Shown piece after piece: positions 7,269-9,242 of a DNA stretch of 9,242 nucleotides (its first letter is position 1; the number at the start of each line of letters is the position of its first letter). A program made the translations under genes and the position numbers. The notes beneath the pieces are model-generated. The model was not told the DNA's origin. It did no database searches and saw nothing but the letters and a program-made list of their open reading frames with translations. Source of the DNA: a candidate division WOR-3 bacterium (GTDB taxonomy: Bacteria; Hydrothermota; Tepidihabitantia; Tepidihabitantales; CAIPLT01); contig CBFGJZ010000037.1 of the NCBI GenBank assembly GCA_965649215.1, positions 1 through 9,242 on the forward strand. Reading direction: 5' to 3'.

Positions 7269-8668
7269 CTACATTGTTTCTCGAAATGCTTGTAATATAA
7301 TCTCACCTTCGCCAGGAAGAATGGTACGAAAATCTAACATTAATGCGTTCGCTTGAACTCTACCAAAAATAGGTATTTTATATTGTCTCAATTTTCTTGC
7401 TAATTCTTGGCTGGGCATAATTTTTGGTTGGATCGAGACAACATAACTATCAAGTTCTTTGGTTGATAACGAACCGCCGCCAATTTCGGCNNNNNNNNNN
7501 NNNNNNNNNNNNNNNNNNNNNNNNNNNNNNNNNNNNNNNNNNNNNNNNNNNNNNNNNNNNNNNNNNNNNNNNNNNNNNNNNNNNNNGTCTGCAAGGTTGC
7601 TTCTAATACCGCATTTGTTAATTTATCACAACGCAAAGCCCGAGTGAGCGGGTGTTTCTTAATCTTTTCAATATATTCTTTTTTGCCAACAATAATTCCT
7701 GCTTGGGGTCCACCGATTAATTTATCGCCACTAAAACAGACAACATCAGCGCCTGTTTCGATACTTTCTCTAACCATTGGTTCTTTGGGTAAGCCGTATT
7801 TACTAAAATCAATCAACGCGCCACTTCCTAAGTCATCGACCACAGGAATATGATACTTTTTACCTAATGCGACTAGTTCAGACAATGGTACTTCTTTAGT
7901 AAAACCAGTTATTTGATAATTAGATTGGTGGATCCGAATAATTGCACCAGTTTCTGGCTCTAAACCTAATTCACTGTTGGATTTTTGATTAATTTTTCTT
8001 TCTCTCTTTTTGCCTTTATTTTTAATGTGTATCGCTTGTTCATAATCTTTAAGATGGGTCCGATTTGTTGTCCCAACTTCTTTCATAATACAACCTGATT
8101 GTGCCATAATTTCAGGAATCCGAAACGAACCGCCGATTTCAATCAACTGGCCACGAGAAACAATTACTTCTTTGCCTTGAGCTAATGCTCGCAAAACTAA
8201 TAAGGTTGCGCCAGCATTATTGTTAACTACAATACCTGCTTCGGCACCTGTTAAAATTTGGAGTAGTTTACTAATCTTTTTATAGCGGTCATCTCTTTTG
8301 CCTTCATCGTCAATTTGTAATCTTGAATATGCTTTAGCGACATCTGCCAATATCTCCGGGATACCACTGACAAAAGGTGCTCGACCAAGGCCGGTATGAA
8401 GCACAATGCCAAGGGCATTTATCGCATACTTAAAATACCTTTGAGTTAGATAATTCAATTCGCCAACTATCATCTGTCTTAAATTATCTGTATTTAACGA
8501 TTCGCCTTTAAGCAGTTTTTGTCTAAACTCATCAACCTTATCTCTAATAATCTTAACCAAGTATCTATGCTCTAATCTATCTTCAAACTCTTTAATTTCC
8601 TGCCAATTAAGAATTTTATCAACCGACGGAATATCTTTAAGTAATGATTTTTTATTAATCGTTGCCAT
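7269..8668 (-). CDS. selA: L-seryl-tRNA(Sec) selenium transferase SelA (the frame change falls inside an assembly gap)
   Basis: IPSVD, INALGIVLHTGLGRA, VVNNNAGA, VSRGQLIEIGGSFRIPEIM, EVGTTNRT, DLGSG and the PLP-lysine motif FSGDKLIGGPQAG. After the gap the correct frame is AEIGGGSLSTKEL...PIFGRVQANALMLDFRTILPGE...RETM-TAG(7269), 6 nt before the selB ATG. The track's end at 7400 is in the wrong frame. ATG 8668 is preferred as start. Confidence 0.96.
7491..7586. other. Assembly gap (96 N)
   Basis: Run of N inside selA. Confidence 0.99.
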
Positions 8669-8673
8669 AAACA

Positions 8674-8701
8674 ATTATAGATTAGAGTATTAAGATGTCA
8701 A
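8674..8701 (-). promoter_or_regulatory. sigma-70-type promoter of selAB, probably giving a leaderless mRNA
   Basis: TTGACA (8701-8696), 16 nt, TATAAT (8679-8674), then 5 nt to ATG 8668; no Shine-Dalgarno visible. Confidence 0.72.
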
Positions 8702-8822
8702 CGCTTAGAATCGTGATTTTAATTAATTATCAACATCTTTTTTTATGTTAGAATAAATTACTTGTTATTAAAGATTCTGTGATTAAATTTGTTTCAAGAT
8801 TATTATTAAAATTTCAATTGTA

Positions 8823-9242
8823 TTACGCTTCAATTCCTAAATCTTTCAGTTTTTTATATAATTGCACACGTTGAATATTTAATGCTTTAGCGGTTTTAGT
8901 TTTATTATAGTTGTTTTCCGCCAATACTTTTAAGATAAATGCTTTTTGAAATTCATTGGTTGCTTGTTTGAGTGTCTGATTGGTATTAACTTGCGAGTTG
9001 CTAGTCTGTTCGATTAATGGTATTAAATCTTTTGATTTGATTTCTTTTTCTTTAATTAAAATTGAAGCCCGCTCCATTAAGTTTTCTAATTGTCGGACAT
9101 TACCAGGCCATGATTGATTCATCAAAAATTCGATCGCACTTTGTGAAAGTCGCTTTTTCATAACACCGTTTTCTTCGCAGTATTTCTCTAAAAAATAATC
9201 AGCTAAAGCACCTATCTCTTCTTTGCGCTCTCTTAATGGTGG
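8823..9242 (-). CDS. Sigma-54-dependent transcriptional activator (NtrC/AtoC-like), C-terminal part with Fis-type HTH; 5' end outside the window
   Basis: The frame is open to the window edge: PPLRERKEEIGALADYFLEKYC..., WPGNVRQLENLMER, and HTH NKTKTAKALNIQRVQLYKKLK. Confidence 0.93.
   Translation of the reverse strand, partial: PPLRERKEEIGALADYFLEKYCEENGVMKKRLSQSAIEFLMNQSWPGNVRQLENLMERASILIKEKEIKSKDLIPLIEQTSNSQVNTNQTLKQATNEFQKAFILKVLAENNYNKTKTAKALNIQRVQLYKKLKDLGIEA

Noticed and set aside
7269..7590. Apparent frameshift or pseudogene in selA
   Set aside because: The frame change falls inside the 96-N gap, whose length is only an estimate. A normal SelA C-terminus resumes after it and ends next to selB.
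6640..7853. Plus-strand ORFs 6640..6975, 7424..7606, 7459..7647 and 7644..7853
   Set aside because: Antisense to selB and selA; two consist largely of gap Ns.
8702..8822. Short inverted repeats in the AT-rich spacer (for example AACAT...ATGTT) as a terminator or operator
   Set aside because: Weak AT-rich arms expected by chance; no convincing terminator or sigma-54 -24/-12 motif seen.

Overview
AT-rich bacterial window containing a selenocysteine (Sec) machinery locus: selA and selB on the minus strand and a plus-strand tRNA-Sec (selC, UCA anticodon) converging on selB. Directly downstream is a minus-strand cluster that the ORF track fragments. Reading through in-frame UGA codons gives four consecutive exported selenoproteins, each with a SECIS-like hairpin starting 9-15 nt after the UGA. 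Two are Omp28-like thioredoxin-fold proteins with UxxC motifs (3968..5017 and 627..1337). Two are paralogous proteins with a CBM4/9-like jelly-roll domain carrying an unusual C-U-x-x-x-C motif (2037..3950 and 1377..2027); their SECIS hairpins show compensatory base changes. Each family occurs once with a C-terminal sorting domain (T9SS/FlgD-Ig-like) and once as a predicted lipoprotein. A Cys-type TlpA-like reductase and the start of another exported protein follow. The 3' part of a sigma-54-dependent (NtrC-like) activator lies at the right edge. Near-consensus sigma-70 promoters are visible, two of them placed to give leaderless mRNAs. Two assembly gaps (N runs) interrupt selA and selB. Family assignments come from motif recognition by eye, not database searches.
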